DNA of 63,832 nucleotides, counting the filler, from Rhabdomonas costata (Eukaryota): the NCBI GenBank assembly GCA_019059605.1. It is 43 parts of 43 records of this genome, joined end to end, with 100 filler letters (N's around TTAATTAATTAA, not from the genome) between each part and the next. Parts side by side here need not be neighbours in the genome. Positions count along the whole stretch, not along the records: positions 23,817 to 25,203 come from JAHMHO010017473.1; positions 25,304 to 26,690 come from JAHMHO010017474.1; positions 26,791 to 28,176 come from JAHMHO010017475.1; positions 28,277 to 29,663 come from JAHMHO010017476.1; positions 29,764 to 31,145 come from JAHMHO010017477.1; positions 31,246 to 32,631 come from JAHMHO010017478.1; positions 32,732 to 34,117 come from JAHMHO010017479.1; positions 34,218 to 35,603 come from JAHMHO010017480.1; 35 more parts are not named here. One strand, given 5' to 3'. Both the position numbers and the translations under genes were made by a program. The notes beneath the pieces were generated by a model, which saw only the letters and a list, made by a program, of their open reading frames with translations, ran no database searches and was not told the origin of the DNA. This document shows, piece after piece, positions 24,501 through 36,858 of the stretch (the first letter of the stretch is position 1; each line of letters opens with the position of its first letter).

Positions 24501-27369
24501 TGGGATGAGCAGGTGAGGAACGGGTCCCATGGGATTAATAATAATAATAGCTTTTGCAGCGGGCTAGGTGGCGATGCATGGGTTCCCAAATGGGTGCCCA
24601 CTCTCACTCTCGTCCAGAGCGTTGTAAGCGTTGTGAGCCAAAGTTGCACGGGACCCAAAACTCTCGGTTTCAAAGCCAGGAGCAACGCAGCGATTTCACA
24701 AGCGTTTTCTGCATGTCTATTCGACACCATGGGTTGCCATCCACCTTCCTCATGTTAGACGCTGGACAACAACACCCTTCAAACACAGACAACAGACGGT
24801 CCACACTCACAAGGTGCACAGAACAACCCGCAGGAAATGGTGGGCCCACATTATCTTCGTTTTGACAAACAACCCAGGAAGATGTGAAGAAAAGATGGCA
24901 ACGAAGTCAACAAAGTGTCGGGGCAAGGAAGGAAACGATTCCCTCACAGCCAAAGGCAGCCAAACCATGCAAGCGCAGGGGTTCGATAGCCCCCATGCTC
25001 GAGAGGCAAACTCTGAGAACAGGACAAAGGGTGGGGCGGAACAAGCTTCGGCCCCCGTTCGTCACGACGCAAGCATCAAAATGCAAGCAAGCACGCACGC
25101 AAGCAAAGCCAAAACCCACGCACCGAGCCCACATGGGTACATGCATACACATTACACACACGCACTCCGTTTACACCCAGGCGGGCTCGATGGAGAGCAT
25201 GCCNNNNNNNNNNNNNNNNNNNNNNNNNNNNNNNNNNNNNNNNNNNNTTAATTAATTAANNNNNNNNNNNNNNNNNNNNNNNNNNNNNNNNNNNNNNNNN
25301 NNNTGTGTGTGGGCCTGCGAAACCATGCATAGGGGATAATAAACCCACTCAACCCACACGATAGGCACAGTGGCTGAGGTGATGTGGTGATCGGTGATGC
25401 AACGTCACTCAAGCCATATCGCCCGAGTCATACACGTACCGCAGTGTTGAGGTGACGAGTTACCGGTAGTGGTAGCTGTGTGAGAGGGGCATACAACGAT
25501 GGTGCAACCGCCATTCGCGTATCCCACTGCCATCGTTGCTTCTACTCACACTCGTCAACCCGAGCATTGTCGTTGTGTTAGCCTCGTGGTAGTGGGAAGT
25601 GCGCGCGCGTTCAAGGAAGTCCGCTTTGATTGCTTTGAATGCTTATTCTGCGCCAGTTGTATCTGGAGTCTAGTTGCTCCTGAAATGGGCAACCCCACCC
25701 CCTCCCACTATCACTATTCTCTTCCTGGTGGTATACCTTTTATGCTTTCTCCCTTTCTTTTTCGTTGGTGAGTTACTGCAGTGTGCCTTGAAATGCTTTG
25801 AAAATGACACGTGATTAAAAAAACATTCGGCAATCGTTCGGTAATTTTGACCTTCCGTTCCCCGCAGAACTGATCCCCTATAATAGCAAATGCTAGCTCC
25901 CTGGACCGCAAGCTCTTCTTCAACTTCTGAATTCGCAAACATGAGCTTCTGCGCTGGCAACTTCGATCCTCCCTTAGCTGAACACCAACCAAGACATTCG
26001 GATAAACCTTGCCACGATGTTCCCCCAAAACGACAAAAAGAGGAATGTTTCCAGTGCCTGCATGAAATGAAGTAGCAATGAGCTTACAATAGAACTCATT
26101 CTCCGACCTCAAAGAATGACGTTGGAGATGTGAAGTAAGCCGGAAGTCAACATCGAATACAGAGCAGAATAGTGATGAGTGTGGTGCTGACCGGTAGAGG
26201 TAGCGTTACTGCTTCCACTGCCTAAGGTACACACACCGATCCTACTCTACACACAGAGGTCATGGTGTCAAGGGTGATGGTTAGGGACAGTGGTACGATA
26301 GGCATAGTGCAATGACGCGATGCCTTATCCACCACCTCCACCCTTCCATCCAACCCCATGCGTAAGGGTGACAGAGGTAAGAGGGAGTGACCAAGGCGAT
26401 GTCAGCACATACGCTAAGGTCACTGCTCCGACTCTGCCAACCCAGCATGAGCGTGATGGTGATAGAAAGAGTGGATGGTAACAGTAGCCCCATGTTGAAG
26501 GCATGCGCTGCTGATTCCCCCAACCACCACCACCCATGCGTATTCCCGACGCTGAGAGGCATCAGGAAGGATGCGAAGGCCTGAGCATCCTGACGTCTGA
26601 GTTCTGCCTCTCTTCTGTGACCGGAACCGTGCTTATGCCGGTGAAGTCTGAGTTCTGAGTTCGGGGTTCTGAGTGAAAGGGCGGAGGAATNNNNNNNNNN
26701 NNNNNNNNNNNNNNNNNNNNNNNNNNNNNNNNNNTTAATTAATTAANNNNNNNNNNNNNNNNNNNNNNNNNNNNNNNNNNNNNNNNNNNNGTTTGTTTTG
26801 AACGGTGACTGTATATATTTCCCTGCGCTAGTATCGCTCATATTCTGACTGGCTGCAAGAAAGGAAAGTACAAGAGCCGAAAAGTGAACAAGTTCGTTCT
26901 GCACTTTCGAATCTACGACTGGTTGCCGAGAGCACTTTCCCTTCTCCGCCAGGAAGTGGTTTAACAGACATTTTTCGCCGCTCTTATTTGCCTTTTGACA
27001 AATAGCACCGGTGGTGCATTATGTCGAAGAAGAAGAAGAAGAAGAATGTTGGTTTTGGCTGCGGTTTTTGATACCCATGCGTAGGATGCAGCGATTGGTA
27101 CCGGGTGACAATCAGAAGGCGCACACAGCCGGCACCAGGGTATTTGCAGCGGTAAACATGATGATACATACCCAGTTCCATCCACCAGGTGACCTTCAGG
27201 TCATCTTCACGTACAGACAAGATCCATCATCCATACCCAAGCGGTTGAATTTGCCATCTATCGCTACACCTAGGCCGTGGGTGGGAGGGGTATCGATTTT
27301 TGGTTATTGGGGTGTTGGCGCTCAGAATTCGGGTTGAGTTCTGACTTGTGTGCTCTCGGCGGCCTCCGT

Positions 27370-27760
27370 TTTGGGTTTCTGTTTTTGTGTGCGTGTGGGT
27401 CTTGGTGTTGGTGTTGGATTTGGCCTTGCGTTGGAATTGGGGTGGGTGTTTGGGTTCGGGTGTTGGTCTTGCGTCTTTGGGGCTGGTGGTTCGGGTTCTG
27501 CCTTCGGTTGTTCTCTAGGGTTCGTTGGTACAGGGGGCGACAGCCCTGACCTCCGAAGAACCCGACCTCTCAAGAAGCTTGCTGGGTTGGAAATTCCGGA
27601 GCGGAGGCTTTTTTCCTTCACCTTTGCCATACTGTCGGGCTTGTTCGGTTGCCCCGCCCCCCCCCCCCCAAATAATAGCGCTGCTATAACAAAGTGCCAC
27701 AATTTAATAGCGGCGCTAATACAAAGGGCACAAAATAAAACCGGCGCTATTTAGAAAAGA
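27370..27760. repeat. Degenerate GGGTTN-like hexamer tract plus three degenerate copies of a unit of about 33 nt (AATAGCG..GCTA..ACAAAG.GC.CAA)
   Basis: Hexamer tract at 27370-27500. Unit copies start near 27674, 27706 and 27737. Confidence 0.5.
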
Positions 27761-29082
27761 TAGTACGCATTCACCGCAATGTAAAACCAGGCCTATTCTA
27801 AATAGGCACAAAATTATCGGCATAAACAGAAAAGATGTCCTCAGCATGATGCTTGAGGTGCTCGCACGGAGTTCCCCATAATCCAACAGTACAGGAAACC
27901 CAAAAAAACAACCGAAAACACACCCACAACCTTACCCCAACTCAAAGAACCAAAACAAGCAGGAAGCCTTGCCCGCTGCATGGCACTCGAATCCCGCTGT
28001 TCCCTGACGGAAGAAAAGGTAAGTGCACGCTCACCCCGCAAACAATGTCCCACGACGGGTGTTCCGCTCCTCCTCTGCAAGAAGGCGCAGTGGGGCGGAC
28101 ACCGGGCCGTCCACTCCGGCAACGGCTGGGCATACCACACACAGCTTCCCTCGAGGTGGTGCAGGATCACGCACGGNNNNNNNNNNNNNNNNNNNNNNNN
28201 NNNNNNNNNNNNNNNNNNNNTTAATTAATTAANNNNNNNNNNNNNNNNNNNNNNNNNNNNNNNNNNNNNNNNNNNNTTTGTTTGTGGTGTGTAAGACTTT
28301 CTCTTAATAATCTTCAACGCCTTAATTGTACTCCATCATAAGGTTTAATTTTAATATTTCAACACTAAAACCACTTGCATCTTCAAACAAATTCCTACCA
28401 CATCAAAAATGTTATAACAAAGTACATCTATTCTTCCACTTTTACTCGCTGCTCCAAGAGCACAACGAGTTTAACGCCATATTATATGTTTTGAAATCAT
28501 CCACTACGTTGCTAAATGTAGAGAGTTACACCGCGCAAACCGCGCAACGCTAAAAGGCGAACGGGCTTTTTATAAATTGCTGACTTTTACAGCAGCACAT
28601 CGCCACATTTAAACGCCTTCTGAGGTCAATCTTTTTACAAAACCTCTTGCACCATCTGCCACTTTACAACCAACTGCTTATTCTTACAATCTCCGGCCAT
28701 GAACAACACTTTTGACAAGTCATTATCGCAAACCTACAGACTATTTATTAGATAATTGATAATCGTGCAGAAAATCTACAATAAATACACCTACCGCACA
28801 TATCTCGGTTCTACATTTAACGAATTCTAGTACCAATATTCACCACATTACCAAGAATACAACTGCAAAATATTTCACGCTTTTGGTGCATCATAGAATA
28901 GTCTCACCAATGCATTAATTACGTTGCCGAATAGTTAGTTATTTGCAAACAAAACATTCCAAATAATTACCATTTGATACCATCTGACACTTGCACATCT
29001 TACAGCTTCAACCACAAACTACACCCTGCCACGAATTCTACGGTTCACACATATTGGTTTACCGGTAGCCTTTTACCTCCAC

Positions 29083-29400
29083 TATAACTCACCAGTCATG
29101 GGTTGCACGCCAAATATCCATGACATGCTTGTGATTCAAATATTGCAACAAAAGTTGAGTAAATTGAGCTAACTAAACTGAGAAAATACTATAGACTTAG
29201 AATTATTACAAATATCATCCAAATCATCGTCACATCAACCACTTCCTAGTCATAAATAACTGCCACAACCTACCGCTCAATTATAAATTTCTTCTGTTAA
29301 ATTTTGCATTCAGTCCGTATTTTTACACCCGTTTATTAGAAATTACAAATAAAGACGCCACCATTGCTTCCAAACGTTAGCTCATTACATCATTGTCATC
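29083..29400 (+). mobile_element. Heavily decayed reverse transcriptase remnant (DIRS/LTR-type)
   Basis: RT-like motifs occur in order: YNSPVMG...MLVIQ (29083), TIDL (29188) and HPNHRHINHF...YKFLLLNFAFSPYFYTRLL (29216-29338). They are broken by frameshifts and stops, and no YxDD is recognisable. Confidence 0.5.
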
Positions 29401-31345
29401 ACCTTGAACAAGTATATTTACAACACATCAGAATTTCTACCACTGTATAGGCTTCTAACTCCAGAAACTATGTCGATGCCACCGTTGCGCAATTCCCAAA
29501 TCATACCTGATCACATCACCTCATAATTCTACCATATTAAGAGTATATAAGAGTGTATTGACGATACAACCATAAATGACACTTATTTCATATGTTTGTC
29601 AGAGAATTTCCACATAACACCTCAGCTCACCACCCACACAACACACAAGGTTACCCCACAACCNNNNNNNNNNNNNNNNNNNNNNNNNNNNNNNNNNNNN
29701 NNNNNNNTTAATTAATTAANNNNNNNNNNNNNNNNNNNNNNNNNNNNNNNNNNNNNNNNNNNNGAAGGTAGCGCCCCCGTGAGGTTGGCAGGGGGCTGGT
29801 ACCACAGCGCAGGCAGCCTTTGGTTCAGCTCCGCCGCAGAGCTGCCCTGCCACGGCAGAGGACGCTCCACAGAGACCACCCTGCCCAGCTGTGAGTAAGT
29901 AAATGCTCAGCGAGGGCATATGTGTGTGTCCCACCATCAGGGAGAAATGCCAGATGTGTGCATCCATGCTCAGCGTAAAAGAAGCCGAAGCCTCCCCACC
30001 AACCAAACAAACTGACATACTTCCACCTACATTCACCTGAGAAAATATTCGGATATGAATCAAAAAAGGAAGAATAGCAGGCCCGTCAGGTACTCATCAT
30101 GCCTGCGCCTGCACCCCGCGAAGCTCCACCCCGGCGCTCGCACTGCTCACCGCAACCACGGACCCCAGAGAGGCGTTCCCGCCCTCCTCCACCGTAAGCC
30201 CCCGCGGGCTCACCACAACCACCCCAGGGCACAGCGTGCTGTACGCCAGGTTCACCCGCACCCCAACCCCCGCAGCCCCACAAGGTGCATGGAGGCCGCA
30301 GCACTGCTCAGTTCCTGGAAGAGCGTTGGCGCAGACACAAGTTGCGCAGAAGGCTATGTTCTCATGTTTTTTTGGGCACCACAGCGTGAGGTGGGCGTGC
30401 GGACGCTGACACGTGTCAAGTAACACAACGAAATGTATAAAAACCCCGACCCCTAATCACTGAGACAACTTCGACAACTGAACGACAGCTCACAGCAACT
30501 AAGCTAACTCACTGCAGGCAAGCTAACAGTGCTCTACGAAGTCTGAGGGAGATAGTCTTGCCACCGATAGGTTGGGGGCTGATTGATTACAACACCGGGT
30601 CCCATCTCGGACAGAAGAAACCAAAAAAAAAATACTTGTCGCTCCTCTCCGCTTCAGCCACGTTGACCGCAACTTAGCTCGACTGGGAATCATGCTGTCA
30701 CTTCATGCGCCCCGTCACGACCACTTGCAAACGGTGGGCAAACCAATCTCACTCATATGCCTGAATCCGCTCTGCAGCCAAATCCCGCTTGCTCTCAAAG
30801 AAAGAATCAATCAATGCATACCAACCCGACCGCTTGCTCTCAAAGGCAGGCTAACCAATCTCACTAATATGCAGCCGAGATCTTTCTCACTATTCCAGCC
30901 GAACCTGCTGCAGGGAGGGAGCCGTGGTAGAAGTTCACCTCCACCTCCGGGCACCCTCCCACCTGCAGCTGCTGCTGCTCCGAGACTGCCGACAAGCATT
31001 CCTCCGTCGGGAAAAGCGCCAGGCACTGCGCCAGCGCTGCCATGCTCACGTTGGCCATCTCCTCGGGCTCCGCCGGCACGCCACCCACCACCACACGCCG
31101 CAGCCACGGTACAGGCCGCAGGGGCCGCGGCAGCGACAACCCACCNNNNNNNNNNNNNNNNNNNNNNNNNNNNNNNNNNNNNNNNNNNNTTAATTAATTA
31201 ANNNNNNNNNNNNNNNNNNNNNNNNNNNNNNNNNNNNNNNNNNNNGTGCCGTTATATGCGAAGAGCTTTTCTGGCCAGCATGGATGTTGCGGGTCAATCA
31301 CCCATTTTTATGCCTCTCCATTCCCCGGCTTTTTTTTCTGTGCAG

Positions 31346-32349
31346 GATGCCTTTGTGGAGGAACTAATGAAGTACTTCCCAGTGGACTCATATGGGAGGT
31401 GTCTGCATAACAAGGACCTCCCCGAGGACATCGCGCCGTGGCACAAGCTGGACAGCGAGGAGTTCATGGCATTCTGCGCGAACTACAAGTTCACTCTTGC
31501 CCTGGAAAACTGCGAGTGCACAGAGTGCGCCCCCACACACCCGTCCCGACGACACGGCTTCCTTGTGTGCTCTTTTGTAAATCAAAGTTGGTGGTTGCTC
31601 GAAGACCTGTGTGTTGGATCATTTGAACTCTTCCAGCGCGTGGGCTTTTGTTCGTTTTTGTCCTTCAGTTATGTGGATAGTGTGTGAGGTAAAATCATAG
31701 ATTTGGGCAGACCCCTTCTTCTTCCTTGTGTGACAACGCCACCGCCGCGCCTTCAGGTATGTAACGGAGAAGTTCTTCCGGCCACTGAGACTGGGCTCTA
31801 TTCCGATCTACCGCGGGGTATTAGCATTGTTGTCTTTGAGATTGGGGTGAGACAGGCTTCACTTTTATTCTATCCCTTCTCAACACTTGAGTTGACGGAA
31901 GTGATGGGGAGAATATGGGATGCTCAAAGGAATCCTGAAGAGCCCGCATTGTCCGTTGATCTTCTCGTAAAGCTCCGGTGCATGCTCTGTCGTAAATATG
32001 GGGGAAAGAGAGGATTTGGGATCTTACTAGTGCGCATGTTTTCTGCATTTTTCTTTTTGTTAGGAGGAAAATAACTGATATGTAAACAACTGACGCTTAT
32101 TTCCAGTAACTCCCGCTACCTCGAGTGTTCTGTCCACAGACACCCAATGTGGAGGACTGGCAGCCGAGTTCTCGCTCTGTCCTAGCAGTGAAGGACTTTC
32201 CTTCGGCGAAGGCGCTGGCGGAGCGTATCCTGGAGCTGGACCAGGATGACTCGAAATATGAGGAGTTCCTGCAGTGGAAGCATGAGGACATCTCGATGTC
32301 CCCGCTGATGCAGCGTTGGAGGAATGTCAAAAAAGGGGAAGAGGGGTAA
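31346..32349 (+). CDS. Alpha-1,3-fucosyltransferase (GT10, FUT10/11-like), three exons
   Basis: VDSYGRCLHN...YKFTLALENCECTE|YVTEKFFRPLRLGSIPIYRG|TPNVEDW...VKDFPSAKALAE...DDSKYEEFLQWK. GT-AG introns join in frame. Confidence 0.93.
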
Positions 32350-32906
32350 AGGAGTAGAGGGGTGGCCGGGTTTGTACTTACGGATGGATTGGTGCAGACG
32401 GGGGATTCCCGCATGAATTTCTTGTCGCCAAAATTGCGGTAAGAAGACTGTGGCCCTCAAACAGCGCGTTTTTGTATAGCAGCACGCAATTACCCAAGTT
32501 GGTTTATCTGCCTGCTTCACCATTAAGATGCTGCACATGACTGTTGCCCTTTAGGTGTTGAGTATATTTGTGTGAATGTGCGGGCTCAGGAAGCATTACC
32601 GCCTCACCCTCACTGCGTACACCAACAACCCNNNNNNNNNNNNNNNNNNNNNNNNNNNNNNNNNNNNNNNNNNNNTTAATTAATTAANNNNNNNNNNNNN
32701 NNNNNNNNNNNNNNNNNNNNNNNNNNNNNNNGGGGTTTGTGGAGCAGCTAGCAGGCCAGTTTGGACATCGGCCCGCTTTTCCAGGAAAAAGAAAGCTCGC
32801 ACCTATGCATTCGACATGTGTTCTCTTGATACTGGGGCTAAGAAGCATGGGGTTCTGAGTTTACGGTGTGACATGCTACAGCATCTATTACCTTTGCTTG
32901 TGTCAG

Positions 32907-33113
32907 GCCACCCTAGGCCGGGCATGCGGAGTGACGCGCAATGTCGTAGCTTGCGCCATTCTCCTGGTTGAAGGCTCGCAGCTGAAGACCCAGATTGAAA
33001 CCATCAGAGGTAAACTGAAAGTTGATTTCTTGCTCATTTTGTATGCGGTGGGTTAGTTCTCGTTTGTCCACGCGGTTTGTTTTCCAGGGGAAATCGAGAA
33101 GCTGCTGATTTGA
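32907..33113 (+). CDS. SNU13: Snu13/15.5K box C/D and U4 snRNP protein, last two exons
   Basis: ATLGRACGVTRNVVACAI...EGSQLKTQIETIR|GEIEKLLI*. GT-AG intron at 33010-33087. Confidence 0.92.
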
Positions 33114-34463
33114 AAGTGTTGACAAATTACAAGTTTGCTGGGTTCCTCTGTGAACTCGTGCTTTGAGACTTGCACGTTGTATCACTTGGGATGTGTGTTG
33201 TTGACACAAAGTTTCTGCATTCCTGCATGCAAACACAGGGGTCAAGCACCAGTGAAATCCGTCATAGGTGTCTCCCCCACACGACTGCGAATTGTAGTTA
33301 TATAATAGTAGTAATACTTCATCACAAATCACGGCACTGCGGCACAGGCACAGGAGTTCTTGCAGCAGCTGGAGCGTGATCAAGAAAAAAGCAACGGTGT
33401 TTAAAAAGGCTCCCTTCCCAATAGTGGCGAAGAATGCAACATATGAACGTCCAGTTCAAACTTGTGGGCGCAGAAATCAGCACCCAAGAAGTTCTTGCTT
33501 CGCGGTTAGCCTATCCCAATGTTATGTCCCAATGTTTCCCCCAAATCCAAAACTGTGATGCCACAGAATTCCCTGAAGAACTCGGCTCCCACCAACACGG
33601 CTCCCATCGTTCGTTCCCTCGAATTTTTGCACAAATTTATAGAATTTTTGGCTATTCGTGCTGGCGCCCGCTCCAGACGCCAGATATGCAGGTGCATCCG
33701 GCATGCTTGTACATCCCCATCGCGGTTCAAGGCAGCGCCTGGAGTCGAGATCACAGCTGCACTGGTGAACAGTGTCAGTCCAATGAGCTGCTCAGATCCT
33801 GCATCGAAACGTTTTGGGTGACTGCTGAAATGGGTTGCCCTTTCGTCATCAGGATGCGCTGCGCACTTGCGTGAGCCGGGCTTGACTGCGCCAAAGCTGA
33901 CAAGGCCAAGAAAAACGATTGTGGCACTTTGCCTGCTGACGTTCGAAAAGGCCCCAGCAGAATTGGACAGGAAATGCGAATTTTTACGAATGACTATAAA
34001 ACTGTGTTTCTGCTTTTTGTATGCGGGAAAACCCTTAGCCTGTACCTGTTAAGCTTGAGCTTAATTTAGTTCACTTCACACTTTGGCTTCAGCTCTTCCT
34101 GTTCTTCACCCCAAACCNNNNNNNNNNNNNNNNNNNNNNNNNNNNNNNNNNNNNNNNNNNNTTAATTAATTAANNNNNNNNNNNNNNNNNNNNNNNNNNN
34201 NNNNNNNNNNNNNNNNNGGTGGTTGGTGGGACGAAAAGCCTGCTGGGCAGTATGGCAAATAACGAAAAGAGACGGCACCCGCCAGGTGCACCGATTCCCA
34301 TTCTTTGTGGCCTAAAACGTTGCAAAAGGACACATTCATGGGAAGAAAGGGCAAAACAGGCAAAAATACCGCGGATGGTCGACCCGAGAAGGGCTGAAAA
34401 AAGACACAACGAAAGGAGGACTGTGCAAAACGATACTCATGTCCAAACGAGACCAAAGCCCAC

Positions 34464-34907
34464 CTGTGCTTCAGCGAGCTTCCAGATCTGCAAAAAAAAA
34501 GTGTGTGCAAAGGCACCGTGTAAAGAGGAAAACCGCACATCGAACGGAGATGACAAAATACCCGTTTGAATCCTCCGCCCGTGCGAACACGATCCGAAAG
34601 ATCGACTTCGGCAGCGTGTTGGGACACTGTGGACACATCATGTTTTGCATACCAACAATGAAAACAGAAACGTGCGGTATTCAAAACTTCAAAACTAAAG
34701 GAAGAAATACGGCTTTGCTTCCATACCAGCCTTTTCCAACGTTTCGCTGGAGTACGTAATCAGCTTGAGAACCTGATTGTCGGTCTCCGATATCTGGAAC
34801 AGGTCCACAATGCCGCTGGTAAACTTGACCGCATCTTTTTCGGAAGGAAATGTCAAGTACACTTTGCCTCCTCCCGAAGGTGAGGATACTTCGGCTAATT
34901 CGCATGC
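34464..34907 (-). CDS. Unknown protein, three exons
   Basis: ACELAEV...LKLITYSSETLEKA|VSQHAAEVDLSDRVRTGGGFKR|IWKLAEAQ joined in frame by GT-AG introns. Confidence 0.5.
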
Positions 34908-35952
34908 CTGAGAAAAAACTCCATGTGAAAAATTGCCTTGAATAGGCAACCTGAACAAAAAACACAAGTCAACATCATACCGGCACATTGAGCTTTTCAG
35001 CCAAGGAGAAGAACAAGTCGGGCCGCGAAAATAGGGAGGCGTCCACTTTATCGAAACACACTCTTGCAGTGGGTCGACCCGTGGACGCATGTGCGAGCAT
35101 CATGCTAGGTGTAAAATAAGAGCAGTCAACTCTGGAAAAAGAAGTGAAAGAAAAACCTGAGATCCCGAAACAAAACGAAGTGAGCAAGGTAGTAAGTTGA
35201 GGGTTTAGTTGTATGGCATGACAGGCATGCCCGTGTGTGTGTCTGCGGGTCAGTTCCCCGAAACAAAGCGTAGGGTTTAGTAGGCGAGGAAAACGGAAAA
35301 ATTTACGCGTGTAGCCCATTTTTCCCGTTTGTTTTTGAGCGCAGTAGTCAGCGTTCAAGCCTCCGTAACGCCTTCAAACACAGGTAATAAGGGTTAAAAA
35401 CTTTTCGAACCAGGTACCTACTCATGAAAAACTCCAATTTAGGGCTCACGGACACTGCCGAATCTTTTCTATAAAAAACGGTAAAAATCGTGTTTGTTTG
35501 TCTAAAACGGAGTAGACTTCGAGTGGAATCCGGAAAAGGCGACTTATTCCCCAGGTTTTTTCGGATTCCACTCGAAGTCTACTCCGTTTTAGACAAACAC
35601 ACANNNNNNNNNNNNNNNNNNNNNNNNNNNNNNNNNNNNNNNNNNNNTTAATTAATTAANNNNNNNNNNNNNNNNNNNNNNNNNNNNNNNNNNNNNNNNN
35701 NNNTGTTTGTTGTCCACAAAGTTCGATACCAAAGTGTTGGAAAGCACTTCTGCGCCGCAAGGACCTTCACCAGGTACCGTCCCGTTCTTTTTCCTATATT
35801 ATTGCGCACAAGTGCTTTCCAACACTTTGGTATCGAACTTTGTGGACAACAGCAACACGGAGGGACATAGCACTCATCTAATACTGTTGCGCACTGTCCC
35901 ACGAGGGAAATCTGAATGAAAGACCGTTAGCATTCACCTTACCTCATCACAG

Positions 35953-36858
35953 GTTATGACTCAGCTCAAGCGAGACTACAGCGCCCAGCCCGGCCCCAGA
36001 GATCGCCGCCCCGCTGCCGTGACCTTCGCCGGTTGGCTGGGGCTGGCTGGGTTGGACCCCTCCCGCTGTGGCATCCTGCCGCTGGCGCTGTTCCAGCCCA
36101 ACGACCCCACTCAGGTTGGGGGGTGGGGCGTTTTGGTTTTCGGGAATATCGCATCGACTCCTGGTTCCGATTTGGGGTAATGGTTGGAGTTAATGGGAAC
36201 ACCTTAGCTTTGTAAGGTGTTTTGAGTTAGATGAGTTACATTGAACGACATGGAGGCGGATATTGGAGGGAGTCTATTGCTTAAAAAGCACGTACCCTAC
36301 CCTCTAGATCTTTTTTCTACGATTTTGGCTGGGTCACCACACTCACAGCCTAAAACCCCATCTTGTTTTGGCTTGCATTCGGACTTCAACACAAGTCATT
36401 CCGGCCGGCAGCTGGGCGTTGTAACTGCAAGGAGGTCGCTGCTCGGGTCCTGTGTAAGTGTCCGCTTCTGTGAGTAGCCCCCGCGATGACACATACCACA
36501 GGTGGCCAGGCTACACCGCGCGGTGTGCCGGGTCCCCGAGGTGGCTCACCACTGGCTGGCACAGCACGTCTTCCCCACCACGATGAACTTCCAGCTGCTG
36601 AAAATCAGGTGGGCTGCGCATCACTATTCTGTTGTCATTTCGATTCGCCAATTTCTTTCTTTGCTCTTTTTGGGGGGAGTGTCCACACACTTCTATGCCT
36701 GGCGCTTTTATTATGTCTCCCCTGACTTGCCTTCATTTTCCCTGTACCTCCTCAGCGCATGTGGGCACGAGTTGGGAAGCTCGATTCTCTTCGGGAACCG
36801 CCTGGGCTTCTCGGGCACTCCCTCCAACCTGATTCCCGCCGATCTTGGGGGCTTCCAG
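35953..36858 (+). CDS. Large DUF3638/DUF3645-type protein, three exons
   Basis: QHVFPTTMNFQLLKI|SACGHELGSSILFGNRLGFSGTPSNLIP.DLG resembles the GFSGT region of this family. GT-AG introns join in frame. Confidence 0.75.

Noticed and set aside
26596..26680. Repeated TCTGAGT words resembling part of the euglenid spliced leader
   Set aside because: There is no following GTCTATTTTTTTTCG-like sequence, donor GT or adjacent 5S gene. It is only a short tandem word.
34725..34731. Apparent AAG|GC donor
   Set aside because: A GT donor 4 nt further (GCTG|GTATGG) gives a better in-frame join to the next two exons.
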